The notes below the pieces were generated by a model. The model saw only the letters and a list, made by a program, of their open reading frames with translations, was not told the origin of the DNA and did no database searches. Positions 10,265 to 19,387 of a stretch of DNA of 64,000 bases are shown piece by piece; position 1 is the first letter of the stretch, and each line of letters opens with the position of its first letter. The DNA comes from Bdellovibrionota bacterium (GTDB lineage: Bacteria; Bdellovibrionota_C; UBA2361; JBGSMV01). The position numbers were made by a program, and so were the translations under genes. The stretch spans positions 46,699-110,698 of the forward strand of contig JBGSMV010000026.1 in the NCBI GenBank assembly GCA_041739995.1. The letters run 5' to 3'.

Positions 10265-12406
10265 TTAGGAAAACCGAATAAACACTGTAGTGCCGACCTG
10301 CAGCGGGTCACCGCGCTGAATATATTCCGTGTTCCTAAAATCTGGTGGTTCATTACCGAAGAAGAAGCCTCTGACGGCATAGTCTTGATCAAGCAGATTC
10401 TTGCCCCAAATGCTTATGCCCCAATTGGCGCTTTCAAAACCAATCGCCGCGCCAAGCAGATGATAGGACGAAGAGCGCGCATTGTGACTGTCTTGATAAT
10501 AGTACCCCGCCTTGCCGGTCATGGACGATTCAACAAATACCCAGTCATTTAAATATCGTCGTGCGCTCACCGCATACTGCCAGTGCGGAGATTGGGCCTG
10601 ATCGCGGCCTTCTAGAAATCGCTCTGGCTCATCAACTTCTGTGAACTCTGTGTGGAGCAAAGATCCTGCAACGCGCAATACAGTTCGATTGGTCGGACGA
10701 TAGGAAAGCTCAGTTTCAAGCCCGATGTTTTGTCCGCGTGCGGCGTTATCAGTGAGGTATATAAAGGTGAGCGGATCTGTAGGGTCGCTTTGAAACGAAA
10801 GTTCCGTCTGGACGTCATCACGGAACATTGCGAACACTGACGTATTCCACGTGAGGCGCTGGTCTAAAAACTGGCTCTTAACGCCCGCCTCAAGGTTATA
10901 GAGCGATTCAGCATCATAGGTCTCTTGACCGGGGGGCACCCCAATCGACACATTTACGCCCGGCCCCTTAAAGCCTCGTGATGCGGTAAGAAAAACGTTC
11001 AAGTCGTCTTCGAAGAAATGGTCAAGCGTAATGGACCCACCCCACATTAAATCGTCAGGGCCCTGATTAAAGTCCCGATTATCGTGAAAGGTCGTGTCAC
11101 GGTTCTCAAGCCGCCCGCCGATGCGCAGAGCGGTACGAGGGGCGAGTGGAAATTCGTATTCTCCAAAGACTGCTGTAGTAGTCCCTACGTAGTCGCTCTC
11201 ATAGAAATCATAAACCTCACCGTCTGACGAGTTGCGAATCTGGGTGTCTTCGCTAAGTCGTTGGGCATAGACGCCCGTCACCCAGCGTGAAGTTTCGCCG
11301 TGCTGATAGTTCTGGTCAGGCGAATGTAGCTGCACCTCTTGGCTTAAGATTTCGCGAGTGCGATCTGTCGCGGCGAAATAATCGTAGGGAACATAGGGTT
11401 CCCAGAAGGGATTATTGCCCCAGTCACCGTCATAGCTGTAGTCCTGCTTGGTGTGCAGTCCGGTGCTAATCGATCGGATTGAGGCAGAGTCGCTTAAATC
11501 TGCTTCCAGTCGCAGCGCGAAGGCGCCGGTGCCTTGTGAATCATCGCCGGGGCGATCGCTTTGAGTGTTAAGTGAATTATCAATCGCAAAGGTATCGTAC
11601 CCATTATCAAAGTCCATTCCGAGTAGAGTGAGTTCTACGCGAAAGTCGTTGCTTGGAGTTGCCTTGAGCTTTAGTCGAGCAGTGAACTCATCACGGTTAT
11701 TAGTATCGGAGCGATTCAGATACAGGTTGTCTCGGAATCCGTCGCTTAAATATTGAAACGCTGAGACGCGGTACTGCAAGATGCCCTCGGTTCCTTCAAC
11801 GGGACCACCTGCGGCAACGCCGAATGAACTTAAAGCGTCCGACCCAAGAGAGACCTGTGCGCTTGATTCAGAATAGGGGGTAGGGTCTCGTGATCGGAGT
11901 GAGATTACGCCGGCGAGTGCGCTGGCGCCGTAGCCGACTGATTGTGGGCCGCGCACTACCTCGACTTGATCGATATCGTAGAACGAGGCGACGCTTCCTA
12001 TCGTGCTAAAATCAATATCGTCCAGAAACACTCCGACAGAGGTATTCGGGGTACCCTCGTACTGCTCAACTTCCCCAATGCCTCGAATCTGGAAAAAAGT
12101 AGGGCGTGACGTGCCGCCTGACCAATTAAGATTGGGTACGGAGTCCAGTACATCTTGAAGATGGGCAGTGCCGAGAAGTTCCTGATCTTCTCCTCGTATA
12201 ATCGTGCTGTTCGCTGGCGACTCCTGAAGTGAGTCAGGCAAGAGGCTGCTTCGCACCACGATTTCAGTTTGTACCGGCGCAGAAGTTTGCGTTTCTTGGG
12301 CATAGGAGCGAGTGGGCATACTCATTGCGATAGCGGCTATCGCACAGAGAGCGTGCACAAGGTTTCTGCGCGTTGAAAGGCTAAGTGGAAAAGAAGTGTC
12401 GCCCAT
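10265..12406 (-). CDS. TonB-dependent receptor, probably thiamine-related
   Basis: Signal peptide, plug motifs (FQIRGIG, EVVRGPQ..YGASALAGVI), barrel-like C-terminus; TPP riboswitch upstream. Confidence 0.9.
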   Translation of the reverse strand: MGDTSFPLSLSTRRNLVHALCAIAAIAMSMPTRSYAQETQTSAPVQTEIVVRSSLLPDSLQESPANSTIIRGEDQELLGTAHLQDVLDSVPNLNWSGGTSRPTFFQIRGIGEVEQYEGTPNTSVGVFLDDIDFSTIGSVASFYDIDQVEVVRGPQSVGYGASALAGVISLRSRDPTPYSESSAQVSLGSDALSSFGVAAGGPVEGTEGILQYRVSAFQYLSDGFRDNLYLNRSDTNNRDEFTARLKLKATPSNDFRVELTLLGMDFDNGYDTFAIDNSLNTQSDRPGDDSQGTGAFALRLEADLSDSASIRSISTGLHTKQDYSYDGDWGNNPFWEPYVPYDYFAATDRTREILSQEVQLHSPDQNYQHGETSRWVTGVYAQRLSEDTQIRNSSDGEVYDFYESDYVGTTTAVFGEYEFPLAPRTALRIGGRLENRDTTFHDNRDFNQGPDDLMWGGSITLDHFFEDDLNVFLTASRGFKGPGVNVSIGVPPGQETYDAESLYNLEAGVKSQFLDQRLTWNTSVFAMFRDDVQTELSFQSDPTDPLTFIYLTDNAARGQNIGLETELSYRPTNRTVLRVAGSLLHTEFTEVDEPERFLEGRDQAQSPHWQYAVSARRYLNDWVFVESSMTGKAGYYYQDSHNARSSSYHLLGAAIGFESANWGISIWGKNLLDQDYAVRGFFFGNEPPDFRNTEYIQRGDPLQVGTTVFIRFS

Positions 12407-12629
12407 ATCGTAATGCTCCGCCTGTGTGGCCGGGCAGCGTGGAATGAGGGCTTAGGAGATGAAGCGCTTTGCACTATAAATTCGACCAATCCAACTGCAG
12501 TGGCTAAGTGCAGAGTACGACCGAAAAGTTTAGATAATAGGGAGGTAGGGAGAAGTGATAGATGAGACTGGCGACACCGCTGGCGACACTTCCGTGTCCT
12601 ATCAAGTCAGTGTCGTATCAAATCGATCG

Positions 12630-12728
12630 TCCTCTTCCCTCCGCCGGTATTATCCGGTTCAGGTGCAAAGGGTTTCATTGCTACTTCGCAATGTCTCAGG
12701 CGCTTTGGCGCCACCCCCAAGGAACACG
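12630..12728 (-). promoter_or_regulatory. TPP riboswitch
   Basis: Minus strand GGGGGTG..CTGAGA..ACCCTTTGCACCTGAACCGGATAATACCGGCGGAGGGAAG fits the THI-box consensus. Confidence 0.93.
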
Positions 12729-12820
12729 TGCCCATTGGCACAAAAACTAACTGGGTGCACAAGTAGCAGCTTTGGACCTTGGCAGGCAAGAGTTCAGAAT
12801 AGCAGCAGCTATAAGGGTGC

Positions 12821-12963
12821 GAGCAGGCTGGTGAAAAAATGCCCTCCTTGGCACTTTTTCACTCGCTCCAAGCTCCCTTCGCGCGATGAGCGGCGCGAAA
12901 TCCGCGTCGCTTCGCGAACCTACGCTTTGCTCCAGTCCGCGGCCGGACATCCTGTCTCCTCTA
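12821..12963. repeat. Dispersed palindromic repeat (MITE-like), copy 1
   Basis: Nearly identical to 62664-62805, about 8 differences over about 135 nt by eye. Confidence 0.9.
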
Positions 12964-14109
12964 TTTCTGGGTGCTGATACCGCTTAGGGCTTTATCGTCT
13001 CGATAGATCTTTCCAAATTCATTCTCAAGGAATTTCATCAGCGGAATGTCTTCGCACTTAATGACCCTGTTGCTGGACTTTGCGACGGTGTCGGAAAGCG
13101 CTCCGGTGAGAAGTAAATCTAGCGGTGCACAGATACCAGAGGCGGTGGTGAGCTGAATGGCACCATAATGGCGACTACCAACTTTCGCATTGTAGACCAT
13201 GCTCGCGTAGGTGCGTTGCACCAGGCGCTTCTCGACGTGGCCGACTGCTTCAACAAAAATGAGGCATTTGTCCTGATGCGTTGTCGGAATACTGCGCTCG
13301 AACACGGTGCGTAGCGTCTCACGATCGTCGGTGAATCGGAGGTCCTGCATCAAGAACGCGACCAGGTCGCGGTGCCCTGGGTAGCGCACTGATTTGTAAT
13401 CAAGGCGACGCACCTTCCCAGACAAAGTAGTGCAGAGAGATCCAAGTCCGCCAGAGGTGTTGAAAGCCTCGTACTCATTTCCATCGAGGGAGAAGCGCTC
13501 GTAGCCTTCGAGTGGAAAGGCCTTCTGCAGCACGCCATTATCAATCACCTCGCACATGTTTCCGTACTCATTGATCAGTCCTTCGGTGGACCAAGTAAGG
13601 TTGTATTTGAGGCGGTTGCTTGGATAAATTGGCAAGGCACCAACCCGCATTTTTACTGATTCAAGCTCATCAAAAGTTCGAGCGAGATGCATGGCGGCGA
13701 TGCTGATAAATCCAGGCGCGAGGCCGCATTGGGGCAGAAGACAGGCGCCGCTTTTTTTTGCGGTGCCCTTTTCAGCGAGCGCAGTTACGGCGCGCGTTAC
13801 CTCAACGTCCTCAGTGAGATCCAGATAGTGAACGCCGGCATCAAGCGCAATTCCGGCGATGCCTGGATTGCAATAGTAGGGCAGGGCACTGATTACCGCC
13901 TGGCAGCCGTCTAGTAACTTACGCGTAGCCGGAATGTTTTTGATATCCAGCGCGTGGAAACTTGTTCCGGTTTTGTGTTGTTGACTAACTCGCTGAGCAT
14001 TTTTTTCATCAATGTCGCACACTCGCACATGGTATCTGCCCGACTCCGCCAAAAGAGCGGTGATAGTCTCGCCAATTTTTCCTGCGCCAAAGAGAGCAAC
14101 GGTGAACAT
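12961..14109 (-). CDS. Saccharopine dehydrogenase / lysine 6-dehydrogenase family protein
   Basis: GAGKIG Rossmann motif, HYLDLTED, CGLAPG, YNLTWSTEGLINEY, EAFNTSGG, RYPGH. Confidence 0.88.
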   Translation of the reverse strand: MFTVALFGAGKIGETITALLAESGRYHVRVCDIDEKNAQRVSQQHKTGTSFHALDIKNIPATRKLLDGCQAVISALPYYCNPGIAGIALDAGVHYLDLTEDVEVTRAVTALAEKGTAKKSGACLLPQCGLAPGFISIAAMHLARTFDELESVKMRVGALPIYPSNRLKYNLTWSTEGLINEYGNMCEVIDNGVLQKAFPLEGYERFSLDGNEYEAFNTSGGLGSLCTTLSGKVRRLDYKSVRYPGHRDLVAFLMQDLRFTDDRETLRTVFERSIPTTHQDKCLIFVEAVGHVEKRLVQRTYASMVYNAKVGSRHYGAIQLTTASGICAPLDLLLTGALSDTVAKSSNRVIKCEDIPLMKFLENEFGKIYRDDKALSGISTQK

Positions 14110-14162
14110 GAAGGGGCTCCATTGATGAGGGTGTCGACAGAATTAATAGAGAGAGAAAAGAG

Positions 14163-14235
14163 CACGCCCGGAGGGAATCGAACCCCCAACCTACGGATTT
14201 GGAATCCGTCGCTCTACCAATTGAGCTACGAGCGT
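14163..14235 (-). tRNA. tRNA-Trp (CCA)
   Basis: Full cloverleaf ACGCTCG..ACGGA-TTCCAAA-TCCGT..GGTTCGATT..CGGGCGT-G; 3' CCA not encoded. Confidence 0.95.
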
Positions 14236-14268
14236 ACCTGCTACGAACTTAACACAAATCTCCAGCGC

Positions 14269-14392
14269 TCCGTAGGTTGGGCTCCCTTCGGAGAAACACA
14301 AGGCTCGCTAACTCGCCTCACGTCCTACGGATTTGGAATCCGTCGCGTTCTACCACCGTAGCTCAAGTAGTTGAGCTACGAGCGTATCTGCT
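14269..14392 (-). repeat. Rearranged partial copy of tRNA-Trp upstream of the gene
   Basis: 14324-14346 equals 14190-14212; 14371-14386 equals 14221-14236; inverted pieces at 14269-14281 and 14357-14366. Confidence 0.9.
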
Positions 14393-14414
14393 TGCCAAAA
14401 CCTATCACAAAGTA

Positions 14415-14487
14415 AGCTGGCAACCGGAGTTGAACCGGTAACCTGCTGATTACAAATCAGCTGCTCTGCCAATTGAGCTATGCCAGC
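14415..14487 (-). tRNA. tRNA-Thr (TGT)
   Basis: GCTGGCA..CTGAT-TTGTAA..GGTTCAACT..TGCCAGC-T cloverleaf; CCA not encoded. Confidence 0.95.
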
Positions 14488-14504
14488 GGCTAAATCACCA
14501 CAGG

Positions 14505-14635
14505 TGATTTGTAACAAGCAGGTTACCTACTGCCAGGATGCTCGAAGTCTCGCATCCTGACTGATGTTAGGGCTCGAACTTCTCGAGGCTGTCGCCTCGA
14601 GGTACTCGCCCTCCTGCTGATTACGAATCAGCTGC
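14505..14635 (-). repeat. Rearranged partial copy of tRNA-Thr upstream of the gene
   Basis: 14613-14635 matches 14442-14464 at 22/23; 14505-14527 is the inverted copy of 14437-14459 at 21/23. Confidence 0.9.
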
Positions 14636-14745
14636 CGAGCTCATGGTCTAGGCAAAAAACACATCCCAAACAGGGTATAATTTCAGCATGTTAGAGATGC
14701 TCAAGCAACTCACGCCGACATTATTCTGACAAATTTCCAAAAATC

Positions 14746-15126
14746 TCAACGTTCTGAGGAAGCTCTGATTCCCCCGCGCTCGTAATCAACGCAAGCGCCA
14801 AGAACCTCAAGGAGGTCAGAGCCGATAATCGCGTTAAACCCAAACCTATTAGCAAAATCCCCTAACTCGACTTCAAAATCTGAAACCGCTTTGTGGGCGA
14901 ACTGAATACTGTTTACCTTCTGAATGACGACATCCTGACTCCCACCAATGCCCGCAAGCTCAACGATACGGGAAGCCCGAGACGGATCCAAGGAGAGTAG
15001 TTTAATGTCCAGCGCGGTGCCTGCCGAACCAGTATCAACGAGCGCTTTGGCCTGAACTTTCACCGAACCACTATATTCAACGACAATCGGTAAAATTTTC
15101 AGACCACCATCAAGTTTAAAGTACAT
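14746..15126 (-). CDS. Retropepsin-like aspartyl protease
   Basis: ALVDTGSAGT catalytic motif, GIGG flap, IIGSDLL. Confidence 0.82.
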   Translation of the reverse strand: MYFKLDGGLKILPIVVEYSGSVKVQAKALVDTGSAGTALDIKLLSLDPSRASRIVELAGIGGSQDVVIQKVNSIQFAHKAVSDFEVELGDFANRFGFNAIIGSDLLEVLGACVDYERGGIRASSER

Positions 15127-15356
15127 CACCCAAACACTCTCATACTTGGGCGCCTCTCAATTACGAAGCGATCTTGATAATCAGGAGTACAAATTACCGC
15201 TCGCTGACCTTTCTTCTGGAGATCGCGATACGCATCATACGTCGTTCCCTCAAAAAACTCGATCCCTAAGAGGTCACCGCCCTGTTGAGTGGCTTCGAGT
15301 AGCGATATCGAATTAGGGAGGCGCCGGGATCCAGGGTCAGCCTTGCCGGAGGTCAA
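15126..15356 (-). CDS. Small partner protein of the aspartyl protease, start uncertain or truncated
   Basis: TGA overlaps the protease ATG (TGATG); TTG start without a clear RBS. Confidence 0.45.
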   Translation of the reverse strand: MTSGKADPGSRRLPNSISLLEATQQGGDLLGIEFFEGTTYDAYRDLQKKGQRAVICTPDYQDRFVIERRPSMRVFG

Positions 15357-15474
15357 GAGCCAAGGTGGAAGAATATGGACATTCTGGTCCTAGGAGCCCC
15401 GTCGCTTCGAAGTTTAGCGCTCTTGGGCTGATATCGGTGTCGAACCCCCTTTGAGCTTTGTCCGAGACGATCGG

Positions 15475-15503
15475 TTTACAATGTGTGGCCGATTGGGAAT
15501 AAT
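15475..15503 (+). promoter_or_regulatory. Putative sigma70 promoter of the Thr-Gly-Tyr tRNA group
   Basis: TTTACA-17 nt-AATAAT followed by GC-rich CCAGCGCC, 17 nt before tRNA-Thr. Confidence 0.5.
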
Positions 15504-15520
15504 CCAGCGCCTTAGCGGTT

Positions 15521-15596
<76 letters not shown>

Positions 15597-15774
15597 TTTG
15601 TTGATTTATTTAACAAATAGCAGACGCCTAGCAACGTGTGTAAAAACTCGGGGCTGGATTTTGTTGGGTTGGAGCGTACAGTAGCTCGGTTTTTTGAATG
15701 GAGACCCCCACGGGGGACGTTTCGTTGATTGGTCTTAAGCCCCATGGGGCGTTTAAGAAAAATGAGCGAGATGG

Positions 15775-15850
15775 GCGGCAGTAGCTCAGATGGTAGAGCA
15801 TCAGCCTTCCAAGCTGAGGGTCGCGAGTTCGAATCTCGTCTGCCGCTCCA
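15775..15850 (+). tRNA. tRNA-Gly (TCC)
   Basis: GCGGCAG..TCAGC-CTTCCAA-GCTGA..GTTCGAAT..CTGCCGC-T-CCA. Confidence 0.96.
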
Positions 15851-15918
15851 TTTCTAACTCGTCATCGATGTGTTCGGGCTTTTTAGCAAGACTGCCTCGA
15901 TAGACGTGTATTCCATAC

Positions 15919-16001
15919 GGTGAGGTGCCCGAGTGGCTAAAGGGGGCAGACTGTAAATCTGCTGGCTTACGCCTACGTGGGTTCGAAACCCACCCTCACC
16001 A
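15919..16001 (+). tRNA. tRNA-Tyr (GTA)
   Basis: GGTGAGG..GCAGA-CTGTAAA-TCTGC, long variable arm, GTTCGAAA, CCTCACC-A. Confidence 0.95.
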
Positions 16002-16218
16002 AATTTCGACCGGCCTAGTTGGCCGCTCGCGCACTGGCTGCTTTTACAATTCTAAAGAATTGCAGGCCTGAAGAAGCAGAAGTGCATGGTACGTCGCCAC
16101 TCACGCGTGCCAGTGCCTCACCTATGGCGCTATATCATCTTTCTTAGCGAAAGCTTTCGCGAGTCTTGAGATCGAAACGACGTTGCTGGAGTGCAGCACT
16201 CACGTGAGCCCGTTTTCT

Positions 16219-17415
16219 ATGGATAAAGCCACTTTCGCAGCATCAGGACGGACTCCTCGCATCATTCTAAAGCGTGGGCGAGAACGCGCGGTGCTCAATC
16301 AACATCCTTGGGTTTTTTCTGGTGCTATTGCTGAGCACAAACAGGCGCAAGACGGTGATCTTGTATTTGTGTGCGCCCATGATGGCAGCATTGTCGGGAG
16401 CGGCTACTTTAATTCGCGCTGCTCGCTTGCTCTTAGAATGCTGAGCTGCGGAACGACTGAGCCTTTGGAAGTTCTTTCTCAGAACGTCAGTAATGCGATT
16501 TCAGCGCGTGCCGCAATGGTTCCTGCTGAGACCGATGCGTACCGAGTCATCAATGCCGAAGGCGATAAGCTTCCGGGCTTGATAGTGGATCGCTACGGCG
16601 ATGTGCTTGTTCTGCAGGTCGGAAGCCTCGGCATCGAGAAGCTGAAGGATCGCATTGTTTCTCAGTTAGTGGAGAGTTTTTCGCCACGCAGCGTGTGTGA
16701 AAGATCGAATTCGAATTCTCGTACTCTTGAGGGTTTGTCGCCCGCTGAAGGGGTGCTGTTTGGCGAAGATCCTGGAGTGATTGACGTGCGAGAGCACGGA
16801 TTGCTCTTCCGTGTGGATGTTCGTGAGGGACAGAAAACAGGATTTTTCCTCGATCAACGAGAAATGCGGGCGCGCGTCGGAAGCATGTCGCAAGGAAAGA
16901 GCGTCTTGAATTGCTTTGGGTACACCGGTGGCTTTTCGGTCTATGCCGCCAAGGGTGGGGCAACCTGCGTGTCGACGGTGGATATTTCAGAGGGTGCGAT
17001 TGAGGGGGCGCGAGAGAACTTTCTTCTGAATGGCCTCAAGCTCGAAGCGCACAAGTTTCATGTGGCGGATGTGTTTTCATTTCTGCGTGATGACACGGCG
17101 CAGTATGACTTGGTGATTCTTGATCCTCCGGCATTTGCGAAAAAACAGAACCAGGTTTCACAGGCGGCGCGAGGTTATGGAGATCTTAATAGGCTTGGAT
17201 TCTCCAGAGTTGCTCCAGGCGGCGTGCTGGTGACCTGTTCCTGCTCGCATTTTGTTGACGAGAAGCTTTTTCGTCAGGTGGTTTTTCAGTCCGGCGCCCA
17301 CAGTGGACGTAGTGTGCAAATCATAGGCGCGCACCAACTTGCGACAGACCACCCGGTAAGCTTGTTTCACCCCGAGGGCAGTTACCTGAAGAGCTTGATC
17401 TTGAGAGTGGCCTGA
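16219..17415 (+). CDS. rlmI: RlmI-type 23S rRNA m5C1962 methyltransferase
   Basis: PUA-like HPWVFSG, EGDKLPGLIVDRY, GQKTGFFLDQR, LDPPAFAK, TCSCS, YLK. Confidence 0.87.
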   Translation: MDKATFAASGRTPRIILKRGRERAVLNQHPWVFSGAIAEHKQAQDGDLVFVCAHDGSIVGSGYFNSRCSLALRMLSCGTTEPLEVLSQNVSNAISARAAMVPAETDAYRVINAEGDKLPGLIVDRYGDVLVLQVGSLGIEKLKDRIVSQLVESFSPRSVCERSNSNSRTLEGLSPAEGVLFGEDPGVIDVREHGLLFRVDVREGQKTGFFLDQREMRARVGSMSQGKSVLNCFGYTGGFSVYAAKGGATCVSTVDISEGAIEGARENFLLNGLKLEAHKFHVADVFSFLRDDTAQYDLVILDPPAFAKKQNQVSQAARGYGDLNRLGFSRVAPGGVLVTCSCSHFVDEKLFRQVVFQSGAHSGRSVQIIGAHQLATDHPVSLFHPEGSYLKSLILRVA

Positions 17416-17490
17416 AGCGTGATCGGCCTGGTATTAGGGGGCTCCATGACCAAATTTCGACGCTAAGCACTGGAAATTATAAGGAGAGAT

Positions 17491-17519
17491 TTGATCTTGC
17501 CCCTTGCATCTGTTACTTT
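17491..17519 (+). promoter_or_regulatory. Putative extended -10 sigma70 promoter for secE-nusG
   Basis: TTGATC-17 nt-TACTTT with TG one base before the -10. Confidence 0.4.
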
Positions 17520-17553
17520 TCCTGGCCGGTCCGCCGGGAGGTTGCCTCATAGA

Positions 17554-17618
17554 AAAATCCACGGTGAAATTCCACGGTGAAATTCCACGGTGAAAATTCT
17601 CGGTGAAGAGCCACGGAG
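17554..17618. repeat. 13-bp tandem repeat, 5 copies (AAATTCCACGGTG)
   Basis: Units at 17554, 17567, 17580, 17593, 17606; last two degenerate. Confidence 0.9.
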
Positions 17619-17711
17619 ATTTTTTAAGAGGCGAGTTTGAGTGAACTTCTAACCACCAGAAGAGCTAGGTAGTTCTAAGCTCGGCTTGATGGAATTTCGA
17701 TGCGTGCCCTC

Positions 17712-17924
17712 ATGAGTGATACAACAGAATCAAAAGGGTCTTTTTTCGCCCAGGCGAATCAGTACGTTTCTGACAGCTTCGACGAGCTGAAGAAGATCCA
17801 TACTCCAACAAAGCAGGAAACGATCCAGGCCACGGTGGTGACCGGAATAATCGTCGTGTTCATCTCCTGCGTTGTAGCGCTTATGGACATGGTGTTTGTC
17901 TGGATTACCCAGATGGTGATATAG
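17712..17924 (+). CDS. secE: Preprotein translocase subunit SecE
   Basis: ELKKIHTPTKQET plus one TM; directly before nusG. Confidence 0.88.
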   Translation: MSDTTESKGSFFAQANQYVSDSFDELKKIHTPTKQETIQATVVTGIIVVFISCVVALMDMVFVWITQMVI

Positions 17925-18089
17925 GGCGCACTTCTTAGTCGTTTGTGTGTTCTTTGTAGTTTGTTAAATCTGCCCCCAGAAAGCGCTTCTGACTGGGACG
18001 CGAAATCGAAGGCAACCTGAGACATCGAGTGGATGCTCTGAAAGCTTTCGTGAAAATATCAAGTTAATTCAGCTATTTGAGTCGGCGTT

Positions 18090-18635
18090 ATGGTTCGAGA
18101 AGACGGAGAGATGCGGTGGTACGTGGTTCATGCGTACTCAGGCTTCGAGGGGAAGGCGAAACAGGCGCTTGAAGAGCGTATTCGTGCCCACAAAATGGAA
18201 GATCGTTTTGGCGAGGTGCATGTGCCTCAGGAGACGGTTGTAGAGCTGATACGGGGTCAAAAGAAGACTTCAAACAGAAAGTTCTTCCCAGGATACATTC
18301 TTGTTCAGATGAAAATGAACCAGGACACCTGGCATCTTGTGATGGAAACCCCGAAAATCACAGGGTTTGTTGGGGATCAGGCAGATCCTAGCCCAATGGA
18401 TGCCGAGGAAGTTTCGAGAATCATGGACCAAGTGAAGGAAGGGGCCGCTTCACCGAAGTCGAAGATGAGCTTCGACCAAGGAGAGACCATTAAGGTCATA
18501 GACGGACCTTTCACTGACTTCATGGGGACGATTGAGGAAGTTAAGCCGGAAAAGGGCAAGGTCAAAGTATTGATCAGTATTTTCGGTCGTGCTACTCCCG
18601 TCGAGCTCGATTTCATCCAAGTTGAAAAAGCTTAA
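18090..18635 (+). CDS. nusG: Transcription factor NusG
   Basis: WYVVHAYSGFE, FFPGYILV, KOW motif, SIFGRATPVEL. Confidence 0.98.
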   Translation: MVREDGEMRWYVVHAYSGFEGKAKQALEERIRAHKMEDRFGEVHVPQETVVELIRGQKKTSNRKFFPGYILVQMKMNQDTWHLVMETPKITGFVGDQADPSPMDAEEVSRIMDQVKEGAASPKSKMSFDQGETIKVIDGPFTDFMGTIEEVKPEKGKVKVLISIFGRATPVELDFIQVEKA

Positions 18636-18900
18636 AGCGCGCTTAATTAGTCGAGAGAGGCCTTAGGCGGGGCTCTTTTTGGGGCTCGCGCTTGAGTTGT
18701 CGCTTACGGGCGGGTACGCTAGGTGGCCTCTATTGGCGGGTGGCCCCTAATTGGTAACTTTTATTGTGTGCGGTTAGCCTGTTTGGCGATTTGTCTCCCA
18801 TCTTGCTGCTCGGACGAATTTTTGTCGAGTGGTTTTTGAATGGTATCGATTCGCTCAAGCAGTTAATGCATGAGACTCATTTTTGTGAACCGGTCTTGAT

Positions 18901-19326
18901 ATGGCTAAGGAAGTAACCGCAATCGTTAAGCTACAAATCCCTGGTGGGCAAGCGAACCCTGCGCCACCAATTGGTCCTGTGCTCGGACAGCACGGCGTCA
19001 ACATCATGGATTTTTGTAAGCAGTTCAACGCCAAGACTCAGAAGGTGCAGGGCGAAGTCACCCCAGTGGTATTGACGATCTACAAAGATCGCTCCTTTAC
19101 CTTTGAGCTGAAGACACCTCCAGTGGCGTATCTGATTAAGAAAGCAGTTGGGATTGAGAAGGGCTCGGGCGTGCCGAACAAGGACAAGGTTGGCAAGCTT
19201 AGAAAAGAGCAGGCCTACGCCATCGCCAAGCAAAAACTTCAGGACATGAACTCAGACGACATCGAGTCGGCGTTTAGACAAGTGGTCGGAGCGGCACGCA
19301 GTATGGGCGTGGAGATGGCCGACTAG
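18901..19326 (+). CDS. rplK: 50S ribosomal protein L11
   Basis: [22 protein letters not shown]. Confidence 0.98.
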   Translation: MAKEVTAIVKLQIPGGQANPAPPIGPVLGQHGVNIMDFCKQFNAKTQKVQGEVTPVVLTIYKDRSFTFELKTPPVAYLIKKAVGIEKGSGVPNKDKVGKLRKEQAYAIAKQKLQDMNSDDIESAFRQVVGAARSMGVEMAD

Positions 19327-19387
19327 AGCGCCGGAGAGTCTGGTGCGAGATGAAAAATTCTAATTAGAGACGTAGAGCGAGCGGGAT

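Noticed and set aside
14269..14392. Second functional or intron-containing tRNA-Trp, or a prophage att site
   Set aside because: No T arm or 3' acceptor strand; the duplicated part is the 5' half and no integrase is nearby
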